DNA of 64,000 nucleotides from Balanoglossus misakiensis (Eukaryota > Animalia > Hemichordata), in contig CM082584.2 of NCBI GenBank assembly GCA_040954595.2, forward strand, positions 6,142,110 to 6,206,109, read 5' to 3'. Under the pieces are notes generated by a model. That model ran no database searches. It was not told where the DNA came from and saw nothing but the letters and a program-made list of their open reading frames with translations. Positions 62,001 through 64,000 of the stretch are shown in pieces (the first letter of the stretch is position 1; every line of letters begins with the position of its first letter). Made by a program: the position numbers and the translations under genes.

Positions 62001-63930
62001 TTTTCCACGGACCATTGATGATGTCATTCACATCATCCGATTGGTTGGATGTATTGACATCATCCACTAACAGTAACCAATCTTTCCGTTCTTTCAGATA
62101 TCTATGTAATTTTCTCAGGCAATCTCTACCAGTAGTACCCTCAAGAGATTTCTCGATTGAAATTTTCTTAAGAGAATTCTCAAGAGCGTCTCCATTTTGA
62201 GCTGATATGCGAAAAACACCACCTTTGTATTTTGATGCATTTATCTTAACATACTCATCGACTAATGCAGTCTTTCCCATCCCTTCCTCACCGTACACGA
62301 CGGCAACTTTGACTTCATCATGGAAGCCGTCGAACACATTTTTAAGTGTAGACAATTCCCTTGATCTACCGACAAAATCTGAAGACACACTATCATACAA
62401 GACCAGTTGTATAGCTCTCTTGAATTTAGAATAGAAAGTGAAAAGTGTGCCATAAAGACCTTTGTTTTCTTGCAGGACTTCTTTGGAACTGGTCATATCA
62501 CGGATGAAATCAAAAGCAATTTCCTGTCTACCTTTCAGACGGGACATCTCTTCTTTTCTTTCACTGGTTGTGGGTTGTTCTTCTAGAGTGGACTTGTACG
62601 TCCTGGCAACTTGTCTCAGATAATCTGACACCTTTGTCAAGAGGCTTGGAGTAATCTTTTCCGTCCCACACTTGATATTCTCTGGAAAGAAAAACAGGAA
62701 AACCTCACACTAGTATTGGACATGAAGTCTTGGCATTGTTATTACGCTCTGGCAGTCTGGCGTGTACGTCTGCTCATGATTGCAGAACTTAGAAAAACAG
62801 TGGCTTGGTAGCTGCTTTTGTGTAAATTAGCCTGAAAACGATGTTAACATGCAATATTTGAACTGATAATCATACTCTGTCATATTTCTTCATAGTTAAA
62901 TGTGATGGAACTGTCATGTTTATGACTCTCGCGCTTCGAACGGACCCAAATTCTGTTGTCGGCAGTTTTAATGCGACGAGTATCCAATCAGTGTGGCCAA
63001 CTTTCCCGTCATGGTTTTTAACTTGTATGTGCATATTATCAAATTAATATGACGCTCTCCCTCACTAATAAAACTTGTCACGGTGCGGTCTTTTGTTACA
63101 ACTGTAAATGTCAATTGTTTATATCTGATAAGGCTATACATGCAATTGTAAACAATAGGCTTTGAACAAAAAAACGAAATGGTGTACTTTTCTTATAAGT
63201 ACTTAAATATTTTCATGTATAAAGATGTCGTTTTCCCTTTCGCCGCCCTGCTGGACGTCAAATCCACCATCTTAGCTGATGCAGAACCATTAAAACGACC
63301 TGAAAATGTCACACTTACCACTTACACTTCTCTCTCTCGACAAACGTTCGTCTTTCCCAATCTCACTCAACATTTCTGCAAGGCGGATAAGATCTTTCAT
63401 ACAACGATCGCATGTTTCTTCGTTCCATTCCTGGAATTCGCACTCTACCCAACGCTTGACGACCTCAAGGACAGACTGTACTCGTTCAAGTTCATGCGAG
63501 GATTTCTCTTGTAAGGTCGGACTCAGTGTTACATTCATTTCACCACCATACAGTTGAACATAAATCAAAAGCAGGCGTAATATATCTACTTCTTCTAATT
63601 TATCAAATTTCGCCTTGCCCTTTGGAAAATAGACTTTGGCCAGGTCAATATGATTCGAAACTTTGTACATGTATCCACCTTGAGAATTTGCGTTGTCATT
63701 GATATTGAAATAATTCAGTTGATCACACTGTGGGTTTGGGCTGTCTTGTTTGTCGATTGAATATTGATTCTTTAAGTATTCATACTGTTTTTTGAAAGAA
63801 TCGGTAAGGCTTTGAGCAACAAAATCGGCCATTTCCATTAATGACACACCGACCATCAGCCATCTTAGCTGATTGTCAGTTGGACGAAAGTCATCTTGTT
63901 TGGAACTTGGAGATTTGACATCAGTTGATC
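59056..63930 (-). CDS. Gene E (5'-truncated): STAND-class NB-ARC-like ATPase with N-terminal HEPN-like domain, helical region, right-handed beta-helix repeats and MYND-like zinc finger
   Basis: Exon 63319-63930 (phase 1-1) splices in frame to a 3626-bp terminal exon 59056-62681. Motifs: FVGRSREL, Walker A VVYGEEGMGKT, Walker B WLLLVDDV, sensor QMIVITK, GxP-like GCVPATL, beta-helix-like repeats (LYENIIGI, VFLNTSVGF, VYENGDGL, FYENFRAA, VYDNKKIGV) and CSTC-x12-CVEC-x4-FCSDEC. Further upstream exon(s) lie beyond the window. Confidence 0.85.
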
Positions 63931-64000
63931 CTGTGGAGGTTTGAAAAGAAAATGGCACGTAAATGAACAAAAGAAGTCTGTGTAATCTGTAATTTGGTTA

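Noticed and set aside
63320-63325. Second GTAAGT donor 7 nt upstream of the chosen donor in gene E
   Set aside because: It is phase 0 and incompatible with the phase-1 acceptor at 62681, so it would frameshift the product.

Overview
AT-rich, intron-containing animal genomic DNA. The gene content suggests a marine invertebrate deuterostome (hemichordate or echinoderm-like); this is inference only. Five protein-coding genes can be assembled by hand from GT-AG splice sites with consistent phases. (A) A minus-strand mosaic extracellular gene running from 9757 off the left edge: signal peptide, FN3-like, 2xEGF, FN3, HYR, VWD-C8-TIL-TILa/EGF, then a sushi/CCP array. (B) Its head-to-head paralog on the plus strand (about 12609-34845, 39 exons, about 2550 aa by my model), a single-pass membrane protein with two VWD assemblies, 8 CCPs in one exon, an EGF array, a Ly6/uPAR domain, a furin site and a TSP1 repeat. 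(C) An intronless GT31 beta-1,3-galactosyltransferase. (D) A small CUB-LDLa-TM protein with three PPxY motifs, whose last intron holds a 3.2-kb 88-bp satellite bounded by inverted repeats and microsatellites. (E) The 3' part of a minus-strand STAND (NB-ARC-type) ATPase gene with an apparently inactivated HEPN-like N-terminal domain, a beta-helix region and a MYND-like zinc finger. No rRNA, tRNA, CRISPR array or autonomous transposon ORF was recognised. All domain calls come from motif recognition by eye, not from database searches.
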